Position numbers and translations under genes: made by a program. Positions 20,791 through 30,831 of a stretch of DNA of 64,000 nucleotides are shown here, piece by piece. The DNA comes from Promethearchaeota archaeon (lineage in GTDB: Archaea > Asgardarchaeota > Lokiarchaeia > Sigyniarchaeales > SOKP01), in NCBI GenBank assembly GCA_019058445.1, contig JAHPZA010000010.1, positions 512,001 through 576,000 of the forward strand, given 5' to 3'. The notes below the pieces were generated by a model that did no database searches, was not told the origin of the DNA, and saw only the letters and a program-made list of their open reading frames with translations. Numbering within the stretch: position 1 is the stretch's first letter; every line of letters starts with the position of its first letter.

Positions 20791-21231
20791 TTATTTTAAA
20801 TCATAATCCGTGAGATTACTAAGTATTCTAGATAAATATTCTTCAAAAATATCTATTTCAATATTTGAGAACCCTTTGTAGAAGATACCGTTCATTTTTT
20901 GAGAGATTTTAACAAAATTATCAGATAAATTCCTATTTTTCTCAGTAAGTTCAATTAAGATTTTCCGTCTATCTGTTTTTGAATGCACACGTTTAATATA
21001 GTTCATGTTTTCAAGTCTATCAAGCATTGATGTCAAAGTAGATTTACTTAAGGAAGTTTTTTTTGCTAATTCTTTAATTGCAAGCCTTTTATTTTGCCAA
21101 AGAACAAATAAAATTCTCCCTTGAGCAGAATTAATTTCAATTTGATAATCTTTCAATATTTTATTAAAAATGCGACCTCCAAGTTGATGAATTTTAGCGA
21201 TTAAGAATCCACCTGAACGTATTTCCTTCAA
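20791..21231 (-). CDS. MarR family transcriptional regulator
   Basis: QGRILFVLW, ELA..TSLSKSTLTSMLDRLE, DRR..LIELT. Confidence 0.9.
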   Translation of the reverse strand: MKEIRSGGFLIAKIHQLGGRIFNKILKDYQIEINSAQGRILFVLWQNKRLAIKELAKKTSLSKSTLTSMLDRLENMNYIKRVHSKTDRRKILIELTEKNRNLSDNFVKISQKMNGIFYKGFSNIEIDIFEEYLSRILSNLTDYDLK

Positions 21232-21468
21232 TTTTTATCCCTTACCTCAATTATATATGTTTGTAATCTATAAAATGCCTTAATATAGTTTGAGATCAAC
21301 TGAATTAAAGTGAAATCCGGATCTTCTATACCTTTTGAATAATAGATTTTCATACGCTTTTCCCATATTTTTTTCTTAATTTCGAGGTTACTTTCAATTT
21401 CAGCGTATCCTCGCTTTGGTTCTTGTCATTAAATCAAGCGTGAATTTTCTTAATTCTTAATAATTCAT
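21228..21468 (-). pseudogene. Degraded pyridoxamine 5'-phosphate oxidase-like (general stress protein 26-like) gene
   Basis: MNY*ELRKFTLDLMTRTKA, then frame change to RGYAEIESNLEIKKKIWEKRMKIYYSKGIEDPDFTLIQL...*; central part missing; its TGA overlaps the marR TTG. Confidence 0.65.
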
Positions 21469-21499
21469 TTTTATCACTCAAAATAGCTTAATGGCAAGT

Positions 21500-21967
21500 C
21501 TAATTACTAATGTCATAATACTCTCTCTCTGCTTTCTGTTCATTTATAAAAAGGAACTCTCTCAATGGTTTTTTGTCGATGTTTTTCCATAAAGTAATTA
21601 ACCTTGGCTCAATTGTAATTACTACAGAATTTTCGAGATGCGAGTATAACTGAAATGAGTAAGGATGGTCTTTTTTATATAATTCTATAAATTGCTTATT
21701 TGATTCATCAAGGGGATGTTTACCTAATTTAGCAATTCCTTCAATTTGAACATTTTTAGCACATAAGGCTACATTTGGATTTATCATTATTTGTTTGTAT
21801 TTACCAGACCTTTTATCAGTTTCAAACATCATTTTTAACCCGATATTAACACAATCCATTGATCTTGCCGAAACTATATTATTAGCAGACGTTGCTAATA
21901 CAAAATTCTTATTCTTCTTAAAAAAATTTAAAATTTCCATTTTTAATTCATTATATTCAATATTCAT
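21500..21967 (-). CDS. Pyridoxamine 5'-phosphate oxidase family (split-barrel flavin-binding) protein
   Basis: VLATS..VSARSM, FETD..SGK..QI..NPNVAL, VQIEG.A. Confidence 0.85.
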   Translation of the reverse strand: MNIEYNELKMEILNFFKKNKNFVLATSANNIVSARSMDCVNIGLKMMFETDKRSGKYKQIMINPNVALCAKNVQIEGIAKLGKHPLDESNKQFIELYKKDHPYSFQLYSHLENSVVITIEPRLITLWKNIDKKPLREFLFINEQKAEREYYDISN

Positions 21968-22002
21968 ATTAATTTCACTATTGTTTTTTATATTTTAATA
22001 AA

Positions 22003-22035
22003 TTGTTCTATATAGGATAGTACTATATAGTATAA
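22003..22035. promoter_or_regulatory. Tandem palindromes, candidate MarR operators
   Basis: CTATATAG at 22008-22015 and perfect TACTATATAGTA at 22021-22032, upstream of the operon that ends in marR. Confidence 0.5.
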
Positions 22036-22243
22036 AAATTTTCATATTTTCATTTTTTTTCGATGTACTAAAGAACATTAATGATGTAGCTAATGTTGAA
22101 AAAACATTTCCTACATTATTATAAAAAAATCAGCTCTAATACATTTCCTTTTTGCCATCATTAGAGTTATAATAAAGCTTTTTAAAAAAAGAATTAATAT
22201 TGAATCTAATATTTATAGTAATTACTTCTTTTATTTAGGATCC

Positions 22244-23155
22244 GTGAAAATATTGATTTGGAAAACAAAATTAACAGAGATGATGGGAACGAAGTACCCC
22301 ATAATCATGGGTGCTTTCGCTATTATTGGAAAAGCAGAATTTGCTGCTGCATTTTCCAATGCGGGAGGATTTGGAATTGTAACTGCAATAAATTTTCGTA
22401 CAAACGAAGAATTCCAAAGCGAACTTGAAAAAATGAATACTCTAACAGATAAACCATGGGGAGTAAACTTTTCCGTTATGCCACCTTATGTTGTTAAAGA
22501 TAAACAAAAAGGCAGTTGGGTAAGAGATGAAGATTCTTATTTAGAATTTGTCGATATCGCCATAGATGCTGGGGTAAAAGTTTGTACTACATCAGCTTAT
22601 CAGGCCCCGAAAATCGGAAAAAAATTGCATGACGCGGGGTGCTATTGGTTTCATAAATGTGCTACAATGAAACATGCAATCTCAGCAGAAAGTTTAGGAG
22701 TTGATGCTGCTACTATCGTGGGGCTTGAAGGCACGGGTTTTAAAAATCCAAATCAAAATACTACCCTCGTGAATGTTACAATGGCAAAAAAGTTGCTTAA
22801 GATTCCAATAATAGCAGCAGGAGGGATTGGAGATGCCAGAGGATTTCTTGCAGCGCTTGCCATGGGTGCAGACGCAGTTTGTTTTGGAACTGCAATCATG
22901 ACTACAAAAGAAAGCCTTGCGTCAAATATATGGAAAAAAAGGATTATAAATCAAGATATATTCGATAAAGATTATTATAAAAAAATATATCATTTACAAT
23001 TAAGAGATTCACCAGTACATTCTATGGCGGCAGGACACTGCGACGAGATTCTCTCTATGAAAGAATTTATAGAAGAGAAGATCATAAAAAAGGCAGAGGA
23101 TATATTAAGATCTTGGGGTTTTGGCAGTAATGAAGTGAATACCACTTCCGTATAG
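22244..23155 (+). CDS. Nitronate monooxygenase / FabK-like flavin oxidoreductase
   Basis: YPII.G, SNAGGFG, TDKPWGVN, IIAAGGIGDARG..AALAMGADAV. Confidence 0.85.
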   Translation: MKILIWKTKLTEMMGTKYPIIMGAFAIIGKAEFAAAFSNAGGFGIVTAINFRTNEEFQSELEKMNTLTDKPWGVNFSVMPPYVVKDKQKGSWVRDEDSYLEFVDIAIDAGVKVCTTSAYQAPKIGKKLHDAGCYWFHKCATMKHAISAESLGVDAATIVGLEGTGFKNPNQNTTLVNVTMAKKLLKIPIIAAGGIGDARGFLAALAMGADAVCFGTAIMTTKESLASNIWKKRIINQDIFDKDYYKKIYHLQLRDSPVHSMAAGHCDEILSMKEFIEEKIIKKAEDILRSWGFGSNEVNTTSV

Positions 23156-23440
23156 TGAAGTATTCTTATAAATTATAAGAAATAAAATTATTAACTTATA
23201 TGTCCACTTAATCTCTAGAAAGCCCCACCCCCTATTGGTGGGAAAAAGTGGGGAAAAATAAGTTTGTTACGACCACTACAACAAAGTAAAAGTAAAAAGT
23301 TTTTAAATATTGGCGTGGTATATATTAGCATTAGATAACAAAACTATTAAAATAGTAAAAATAGTTTTTAAAAAAAAATAAAAACTGACTAAAAACAACA
23401 AGAAAAAGTACCAACTTGATCAATAGAGGAATGTAAGAAA

Positions 23441-24361
23441 ATGGCAAATAATTATAGAGATCGATTGCGCTCTAGTCGCGATACACCAACCACCGCAGAT
23501 TCATGCTGTGATAATCCATGCATTGAATCTCGAGAAGGTGACAACGTTTGTCTTAATTGTGGAATGATCATCGGCCGAAATCTCGTCGGAAACGAGAGAA
23601 GGGCCTATACTGTCGAGGAAGTTAATAAAAGGAGACGCACGGAACCTCGATGGAGAGAATTCGGACCCCGAACAATGCTACCTAATAGTAAAATAGATTC
23701 AAAAGGAAGGCTCATCGGGGCCAAGGGGAAAACCCTTTTTAGTCGTCTATCTAAAATTCAAAACTCACTTATCTCTTCAATTGAAAGAAATTTTTGGGAA
23801 GCAAAACCTAAGCTTAAGATGCTCACTAGCAAAATGAATATTCCTGAGTATATTAAAGAAACGGCATGGAAGATATACTCAGTTGTGGCAAAAAAGAAGC
23901 TCACAATGGGCAGATCCATTGATGGATTTATTGCCGCTTCACTTTATGCTGCAATAAGAGTACACGAATTTCCACGCTTACTTGAGGAGGTATGTGATGC
24001 GTCTATGACTCCAAGACGCACTGTACACCGTTCCCTTGGAATGGTGGTAAAAGAAGTTTTACCAGAGTTAAATTTAAAATATAAACCAATTACCGCAGAG
24101 CAACTTGTCTTTAGATTTGGTAATGATTTAGGACTTCCAATGGAGGTTCAAAAGAAGGCAATTAACATGCTTGTTCAAGCATCCAAAAATGGCCTTTTAC
24201 GAACAGGAAAAGATCCTAAAGGATTAGCAGCTTCTGTAATTTACATGGCAGCTAAAGCAAGTAATTGTCGTAAAACTCAAGCTGAAGTTTCCGAAGTTGC
24301 AAAGGTGACAGAGGTCACTTTGAGAAGTAGGTCTAAGCAAATTAAGGGCAAATTAGTATAA
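23441..24361 (+). CDS. tfb: Transcription initiation factor IIB
   Basis: Zn ribbon (CC..VCLNCG), ERRAY B-reader, two cyclin repeats (GRSID..AASLY; GKDPKGLAA; TQAEV..VAKVTEVTLR). Confidence 0.93.
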   Translation: MANNYRDRLRSSRDTPTTADSCCDNPCIESREGDNVCLNCGMIIGRNLVGNERRAYTVEEVNKRRRTEPRWREFGPRTMLPNSKIDSKGRLIGAKGKTLFSRLSKIQNSLISSIERNFWEAKPKLKMLTSKMNIPEYIKETAWKIYSVVAKKKLTMGRSIDGFIAASLYAAIRVHEFPRLLEEVCDASMTPRRTVHRSLGMVVKEVLPELNLKYKPITAEQLVFRFGNDLGLPMEVQKKAINMLVQASKNGLLRTGKDPKGLAASVIYMAAKASNCRKTQAEVSEVAKVTEVTLRSRSKQIKGKLV

Positions 24362-24459
24362 AATTGGAGTCGTTACAAATAGATAAAAAGGAAATTGGCA
24401 AGTTTCTTTTTATTTGTTTATTATTCTTTTTTTTTAATTTTTTACAGCGTCAAAAGAGT

Positions 24460-24825
24460 TTATTTTTTAAGTTTATAATAGTCTAAGACTTTTAAAGCGA
24501 ATCGGCTGGCAACTGTTGCAGGTCCGCCACCCATTTCGATACCTACTTCAATTGTTTCGATAATTTCTTCAAAGCTTGCACCTGATTTTAAAGCCTCATT
24601 AGTATGCCATTCCATGCAAGATTCACAATTTTTAACTATCCCGATTCCTAATGCTATTAATTCTTTATATTTTTTTGGAAGTTCTCCATCAGAAAATGTA
24701 TTCTGCTCTAAATCAACAAAAGTGCGATAAACTTTTGAATTTTTTTGAAAGAAATCATGAGCATACTTTCTTTCCTTGATAATACTCTCAATTTTTTCAA
24801 AATCTTTATTAACCATAATTTGCAC
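24460..24825 (-). CDS. AhpD/carboxymuconolactone decarboxylase family protein
   Basis: L..KYKELIAL, CESC..WH, GAS.EEI.E. Confidence 0.88.
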   Translation of the reverse strand: MQIMVNKDFEKIESIIKERKYAHDFFQKNSKVYRTFVDLEQNTFSDGELPKKYKELIALGIGIVKNCESCMEWHTNEALKSGASFEEIIETIEVGIEMGGGPATVASRFALKVLDYYKLKK

Positions 24826-24902
24826 AAATTTTCAATTCTAAAAAATAAAATAAATTAGAAATTCAAATCTTTGATTTTTTTTAAAATCTATTTTTTTTCT
24901 AT

Positions 24903-25319
24903 CTAGGCTTTACAAAGATCACAATTTCTATACACATCAATACGCTGACTTATTGGCTCAAAATCAAATTCATTTTTTAATTTTGACCAGAATTTAACCA
25001 CATTATCAGAATGATAATCTTCAATCTTTCCACAAATCGGACAAATTAGATTTACATGAGGTGTTTTATTAGTTTCAAACCTTGAACTTTGATTGCCAAA
25101 TTTCAATTCCGTAATTTGTCCTATATCTTGAAGTAAGTGGAGTACTTGATAAACAGTTGATAAGCTTATACTTGGAAACTTTTTACTAATTTCATTATAT
25201 ATTTGTTCGGCAGTTGGATGTTCGATGCTTGATAAAATTATTTCAAAAATCGCTAATCTTTGTGGAGTTGCCTTATAACCATTTTTTCTTAAAACCTTAG
25301 CAAGTTCCTTTCTATTCAC
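24903..25319 (-). CDS. Fur family regulator, PerR-like
   Basis: TPQR, HPTAE, SLSTVY, H.NLICPICG, CDLC; divergent from a peroxiredoxin. Confidence 0.9.
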   Translation of the reverse strand: MNRKELAKVLRKNGYKATPQRLAIFEIILSSIEHPTAEQIYNEISKKFPSISLSTVYQVLHLLQDIGQITELKFGNQSSRFETNKTPHVNLICPICGKIEDYHSDNVVKFWSKLKNEFDFEPISQRIDVYRNCDLCKA

Positions 25320-25321
25320 AC

Positions 25322-25345
25322 ATAAATTATAGTTTTATAATTTAT
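25322..25345. promoter_or_regulatory. Perfect 10-4-10 inverted repeat, candidate Per/Fur box
   Basis: ATAAATTATA-GTTT-TATAATTTAT directly upstream of the fur/perR start. Confidence 0.5.
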
Positions 25346-25466
25346 AAAATTAGTTTTTAAATAATATAGATTTTTAGTTAGTAATAGTTATTAATTAAAA
25401 TTAATCTAATCAAAAGTAAATAGTTTACAAATAAAAGAACGAAAATTAAAAAGAGTGATAAAAGAT

Positions 25467-26129
25467 ATGAGTGGTGAAGAAACAGTAGGTATACCTCTTA
25501 TAGGAGATAAATTTCCGAAAATGGAAGTTACTACTACATTCGGGCCAATAACTCTGCCTGATGACGCTATTAAAGGCGGAAATTGGTTTGTGTTATTTAG
25601 CCATCCAGCTGATTTTACGCCTGTATGTACTACTGAATTTCATGCTTTTGCAGTAAGAAATAACCAATTTCAAGAGCTCAATACTAGATTAATCGGACTT
25701 TCAATTGATCAAGTCTTTTCTCATATTAAATGGACTGAATGGATAAAGGATAATTTGGATACGGAAATACCATTTCCAATTATCGCAGATCATGGCGCTG
25801 TAGGCAAAAGACTTGGGATGATCCACCCGGAAAAAGGGTCTAATACAGTAAGAGCTGTATTTATTGTAGATTCGAATGGAATTATCAGATTAATTATTTA
25901 TTATCCTCAAGAAATCGGCAGAAATATGGACGAGATCGTAAGAGCTGTGAAAGCTTTACAATTAGCAGATAAGGAAAAAGTAGCGATCCCCGCTAATTGG
26001 CCTAATAATGAATTAATCGGAGATCATGTAATAATACCTCCTGCTAAGGATGTAAAAACTGCGCAAGAGAGGCTTAAATCAAAGGAATTTGAATGTTATG
26101 ATTGGTGGCTCTGCCATAAAAAATTATAA
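25467..26129 (+). CDS. Peroxiredoxin, archaeal Prx6-type
   Basis: [29 protein letters not shown]-terminal CYDWWLC. Confidence 0.93.
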   Translation: MSGEETVGIPLIGDKFPKMEVTTTFGPITLPDDAIKGGNWFVLFSHPADFTPVCTTEFHAFAVRNNQFQELNTRLIGLSIDQVFSHIKWTEWIKDNLDTEIPFPIIADHGAVGKRLGMIHPEKGSNTVRAVFIVDSNGIIRLIIYYPQEIGRNMDEIVRAVKALQLADKEKVAIPANWPNNELIGDHVIIPPAKDVKTAQERLKSKEFECYDWWLCHKKL

Positions 26130-26199
26130 TTAATTTACTTTATAACTTTTTTTTTATTTGATTAATGTTATAAAGGACTGTATTCATTCTATTTATAGG

Positions 26200-26943
26200 A
26201 TGAGTTACATTGAGAATAAATATCATCAAAAAATTCACGAGATTTTTAAAGAATTACCTGAAAAAGAAGGAGATCTCCTTGAACTTTTAAATAAGAAGTC
26301 TTTAACAATTTCAGATGATATTGCGAAGTTGTGCGCCCACTTTAATAAAAATATTAATCAAATCCTTAAAAAATTTTATCCAGAAATAAAAAATATGGAT
26401 GATAAGTTGGATATTAAGTCCACCTTAAAATTTTATTATGATTTAATTGATAAACTAACTGATTTCATACGAATAATAGAAAATTTTCAAAAGATTGATG
26501 ATAATTATTATGAGGCACTTATAGATTTTATAGAGGATAAAGAAAATTTAATTTCAGGAAAATATAGGCAAATTTGTAGACGAGAGTTAACTGCGTTTTA
26601 TGATAAACGTTCACGAGACCATTTAGAAAAGATTATAGCTGCTAAATTCGAGAGAAGGAGTAGGCAATTCTTCACTATGGGTCCTTTAGAAGAAGAGATA
26701 AAAAAAATCGCAAAAACTGCTGGCGCTGATGAGGTATATATTGATCTCGCAAAAAATTTTGATAAATCTGATTCATTTGAGTCAGCTCAATCTGTTATAA
26801 AATTTGCTACTTCCCCTGAAGATCAAAACAGACTAAATAGAGTGGGAGAGGAATTAAGAAAGTATTTAGAATCTAAAAAATATAAAGTAGAAGTAAAATC
26901 CAGTTTAGTGATAACCGATGCAAAACTCCTTCCAGATAATTGA
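26200..26943 (+). CDS. Hypothetical helical protein
   Basis: Long open frame, no recognised motif; ATG at 26200 preferred over TTG at 26158. Confidence 0.6.
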   Translation: MSYIENKYHQKIHEIFKELPEKEGDLLELLNKKSLTISDDIAKLCAHFNKNINQILKKFYPEIKNMDDKLDIKSTLKFYYDLIDKLTDFIRIIENFQKIDDNYYEALIDFIEDKENLISGKYRQICRRELTAFYDKRSRDHLEKIIAAKFERRSRQFFTMGPLEEEIKKIAKTAGADEVYIDLAKNFDKSDSFESAQSVIKFATSPEDQNRLNRVGEELRKYLESKKYKVEVKSSLVITDAKLLPDN

Positions 26944-26960
26944 TACTGTAACTTGATTTT

Positions 26961-27503
26961 CTAATTGTTGTTCAGAACAATTTTATGGGTAAATTTATGA
27001 GAGCGCAGAAAAGTGCCTCCCACTGGGCAAACTTGCTCTACTCGTTCTAAAACTTTTTTAATTGTACTTAATTTTTCAGTCGAATCAATAAACCAAGTTT
27101 GAGTTATATTAAAGAATCCCGGTAAAGGAGCCTTTTTACTTAACATCGCGGATCGTTTATCTAAAGTAGCTTCAACCCTTACCTTAATAGAATTTGCCTT
27201 AATATTCGAAAATGAAAAATAGAGAAGGGTGGTAATTTCTAAGCAGTTCGCGTAGGTTGCCAGTAACGATTGCATAGGAGAAGGATTTCCACTCTTCCCT
27301 CCCAGGTCTTGAGGTCCATCATTTTCAATTTCAAGATCATTAATTTTTGCTTTTACATGTAAATTCTCAATTTGTTCAGATTCAGCAACCAATTTTGAAA
27401 TAAATACTTTATCTCCCTCTTCAGTGAACCCTAATTCTTGCATTTTATTAAATCTATTTATATAGGCAGTTCGAGATTCCTCTGTTATTAATTTTTTACT
27501 CAT
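26961..27503 (-). CDS. OsmC/Ohr family protein
   Basis: D.P..LGG...PSP...LLA..ANC and second Cys in VCPV. Confidence 0.85.
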   Translation of the reverse strand: MSKKLITEESRTAYINRFNKMQELGFTEEGDKVFISKLVAESEQIENLHVKAKINDLEIENDGPQDLGGKSGNPSPMQSLLATYANCLEITTLLYFSFSNIKANSIKVRVEATLDKRSAMLSKKAPLPGFFNITQTWFIDSTEKLSTIKKVLERVEQVCPVGGTFLRSHKFTHKIVLNNN

Positions 27504-27550
27504 AACCGATTTAATTAAAAGAAAAATTAATAATTTTTGAAATAACTGAT

Positions 27551-28072
27551 TTAGTCTTTCTTAAGATTAAGCGGTTGTTTTGCCAAGAATTCTATTATTT
27601 TTTTACGATACTTCTTAGTGTATTCATTACTTGGCCTGGACTTGCATGATCTGCATTGAAAATCGTAAGCAGAATTTATTGTGCCACATTTAGCGCAAGA
27701 ATAATAATCCTTCATATCATCCAGCCATTTCTCATATCCCTTGGTTTTGATTTGTTCTTGTGCATCCCATAAGTCAAATCGATGTGGTGCTTGAGCTTGG
27801 AATTCTTTTATATCATCGCAGGGATATTCATCACATTCACCACAGAAATCTATTCCTTTTTCCTTAACACAGGGATATAGTTTACACATTGTATCACAAT
27901 ATGGAAGACGTTTATCAGATCGACAACCATTACACTTTATTTCTTCTTCAGTGAAGCCAAATTGTTTAGCAAGAAATTTAAGACGGACTGGATCCTCTTG
28001 TGTAGCAATAAATATTGAGCAGCCTGGACAATAAAGACCACAAACAGCCGCATGTGTCTTGTCATATTTCAT
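27551..28072 (-). CDS. DUF3795 Cys-rich protein
   Basis: CGLYCPGC, CNGCRS, C...KGIDFCGECDEYPC, C-terminal zinc ribbon. Confidence 0.85.
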   Translation of the reverse strand: MKYDKTHAAVCGLYCPGCSIFIATQEDPVRLKFLAKQFGFTEEEIKCNGCRSDKRLPYCDTMCKLYPCVKEKGIDFCGECDEYPCDDIKEFQAQAPHRFDLWDAQEQIKTKGYEKWLDDMKDYYSCAKCGTINSAYDFQCRSCKSRPSNEYTKKYRKKIIEFLAKQPLNLKKD

Positions 28073-28233
28073 AGTAAGAACTAATTTTTTCTGTAAATTT
28101 AATCTTATCCTTTATTCTGATAATTTTATTATTCAAAAATAAATTTATATCCCTAAATTAAACATTTTTTTTGAATACTTTGAGACAAGACATTAAATAT
28201 TTAATTTTTGAAATATTTTAATGGTTGATTGTT

Positions 28234-29709
28234 ATGGCAAAAAAGAAAAAAGAAGCGCCTATTACGGGAATTACAGTTTCGAAAGACGAGGATTTTTCTG
28301 CGTGGTATACTGAAATAATTGAGAAAGCTGAATTGGCAGATATTAGATACAATGTAAAAGGGTTTGTATGTTATAGACCGTGGGCAACTATTAGCATTAG
28401 AAAGATGTATAGAAAATACGAAGACCTTCTGGAAAAAAATGGACACTTACCACTCACAATGCCTTCCTTAATTCCCGAAAGCAATCTTATGCTAGAGGCT
28501 GACCATGTGGAAGGTTTTGCTCCTGAAGTGTTTTGGGTAACCGAGGCAGGAAGCTCTGGTCCTTTAAGCGAGAAATTAGCGCTTCGCCCTACTAGTGAAA
28601 CGGCGCTATATCCAATGTATAGCATTTGGATTAGAAGTTATAAAGATTTACCATTCAAAAGATACCAATCGTGTCAAGTGTGGCGATATGAAGGGAAAAT
28701 GACTCGTCCGTTTTTTAGAGGTAGGGAATTTCATTGGATAGAAGCCCACGATGTTTTTGCAACTGAGGAAGATGCAATGGCTCAAGTTCATGAAGATATG
28801 GAAATGACTTATCAAATGCTTCAAGATGAATTCTGTATTCCAGTAATCTTTTTTGAACGCCCACAATGGGATAAATTTTCGGGAGCAGAAAAAACTTTCG
28901 CAGCAGACGCGCTTATGGGATCTGGAAAAGTACTTCAACTCCCTTCAACTCATTTACTTGGTCAGAACTTCTCTAAACCATTCAATGTAAAATTTATTGA
29001 TAAAGATGGAAAGGAAAAATATGGTTATCAAACTTGTTACGGTCCCGCTATAAGTCGGATTTACGGTGCAATGATAGCTTATTTAGGAGATGATAAAGGT
29101 TTAATCTTACCGTTCGAATTAGCACCTACTCAGATAATAATCATACCAATCCTAGTAAAAGGAAAAGAAAAAAAAGTATTGGAAAAGTGTGAAGAAGTTT
29201 ATGAAAAGCTTAAAGAAAAATATATAATAAAATTGGATGATTCCGATGAATCACCTGGAAGTAAATTCTATTATTGGGAGATGAAAGGTGTTCCTTTTAG
29301 AATTGAAATTGGACCAAAGGATATCCAGAAAAATCAAGTGGTAATTGTAAAAAGGCATGATGGACATAAGTATTTCGTAAGCGAAAAGGATTTAGAAAAT
29401 AAAATTGAAGATCTTGCTAAAAATTATACCAAGGAGATAAAAGAGAAGAAATTACTTGATTTTGAAGATCAAATCGAACTATGCTATGAGCGAGATTCTG
29501 CGAAAGAAGCCATTGAACAAGGTAAAATTGTGTGCTGCGGGTTTTGCTCAATTGATATGAAAGCCTATCACTGTGCTGAAGTTATTGAAAAAGAGGTTGG
29601 TGGTTTTGTAAGAGGAAAGCGGGTTGATGAAGAAAAGCACGAATTCGCAAGTTGTATAATTTGTGGAGAACCTGCCACTTGCACAGTCTATATTGCTAAA
29701 AGTTATTAA
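28234..29709 (+). CDS. proS: Proline--tRNA ligase, archaeal/eukaryotic type
   Basis: DFSAWY, HVEGFAPE, LRPTSET, FFRGREFHWIEAH, HLLGQNFSK, WEMKGVP.RIEIGP, C-terminal AKSY. Confidence 0.96.
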   Translation: MAKKKKEAPITGITVSKDEDFSAWYTEIIEKAELADIRYNVKGFVCYRPWATISIRKMYRKYEDLLEKNGHLPLTMPSLIPESNLMLEADHVEGFAPEVFWVTEAGSSGPLSEKLALRPTSETALYPMYSIWIRSYKDLPFKRYQSCQVWRYEGKMTRPFFRGREFHWIEAHDVFATEEDAMAQVHEDMEMTYQMLQDEFCIPVIFFERPQWDKFSGAEKTFAADALMGSGKVLQLPSTHLLGQNFSKPFNVKFIDKDGKEKYGYQTCYGPAISRIYGAMIAYLGDDKGLILPFELAPTQIIIIPILVKGKEKKVLEKCEEVYEKLKEKYIIKLDDSDESPGSKFYYWEMKGVPFRIEIGPKDIQKNQVVIVKRHDGHKYFVSEKDLENKIEDLAKNYTKEIKEKKLLDFEDQIELCYERDSAKEAIEQGKIVCCGFCSIDMKAYHCAEVIEKEVGGFVRGKRVDEEKHEFASCIICGEPATCTVYIAKSY

Positions 29710-29878
29710 ATTTGTTAAATAAATACTGTATTTCTTTAAAGAATTCATCCAGTTAATGAAAAAACAATAATTTAACACCTAAAAAATAAGAAAAAATTAA
29801 TGAATTAAAGGCGGAAAGCGAAAACTATCCAAAGAAGATATTCAAGATTTAGAATTTAAAGAAAAATAGAATCATCGC

Positions 29879-30052
29879 TTAGGTTGGGCGTTTTGGAAGA
29901 GGTGTTAGTGAAAGTCTTTTATCTTCTTTTTTAAAGAAATCTTGTTCATCCCCTCTTTTACCGCACTTTAAGCACTGGTAAATTAGAGGTGGAAAATGGA
30001 TAATTATTTTAGGAGTTTCTTGGCTCCCACATTCAGGGCATTCATACTTCAT
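29879..30052 (-). CDS. 57-aa CPxCG zinc-finger microprotein (copy 3; not in ORF track)
   Basis: MKYECPECGSQETPKIIIHFPPLIYQCLKCGKRGDEQDFFKKEDKRLSLTPLPKRPT; homologous to two neighbours. Confidence 0.8.
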   Translation of the reverse strand: MKYECPECGSQETPKIIIHFPPLIYQCLKCGKRGDEQDFFKKEDKRLSLTPLPKRPT

Positions 30053-30194
30053 TTCTTTTTAATCACTTTTAGCTTTTAAAATACATATATAATAGATCAT
30101 TCTATCAACATGATTGTTGGGATAAATTAAATAATTTATAAAATATGTTATTATTTGTTAAAGTAAGAATATCATTTGTTTTTTTATATTTTAT

Positions 30195-30386
30195 TTAAGA
30201 AATATAGTGAATAGGTGCTGCTCTAGCTTGATCCTCTTTAATAAACTCCTTTTCAGATCCTTTTTTTTTGCATTCTATACATTCAACTATTATTGGAGGG
30301 TAATATTGAACTATTTTTGGTTTTTTCATACACCCACATCTAGGACATTGATATCTCATTGTTTTTTGATCACTTTTTTTTTTCAT
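30195..30386 (-). CDS. CPxCG zinc-finger microprotein (copy 2)
   Basis: YQCPRCG..PKI...PP...ECIECKKKG.E.EF.KED. Confidence 0.75.
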   Translation of the reverse strand: MKKKSDQKTMRYQCPRCGCMKKPKIVQYYPPIIVECIECKKKGSEKEFIKEDQARAAPIHYIS

Positions 30387-30831
30387 AATTAGAATTATTT
30401 TAAATGAACCTTATTGAGCCCAATAAATTTTATATAATGCACATTTAAAATATGCGATTTTTTTCTTAAAACATTTAAATTAATCATAATCGTTTGTTTC
30501 AATATTTAAAACCATCTATAAAATTTTTGAATGATTAACTTTTCATAATTCAATTCAAATCAAATTCTTTAAAAAGTTCGCTAAATAAGAGGAGTTGCTT
30601 AAAGATTTTATTAAAATGCGAATATAAATTACAATTTTTTAGATATAGTATTAAAATTAACCTAACTATCCTTAGAGAAATTTTAACCTTTTCAAATATT
30701 CCATATTAAATCCAACTCTTTCTCATCAATTATTAGATAATAGTGCTCTCTGAAGAAATATAATTATTGGTTAATTGAAATTACATAATCTTTCATATCA
30801 GCTAACTTTCAATTTTAAAAAAAAGATAAAA

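Noticed and set aside
25467-26129. Selenoprotein peroxiredoxin
   Set aside because: The peroxidatic residue is encoded by TGT; no in-frame TGA
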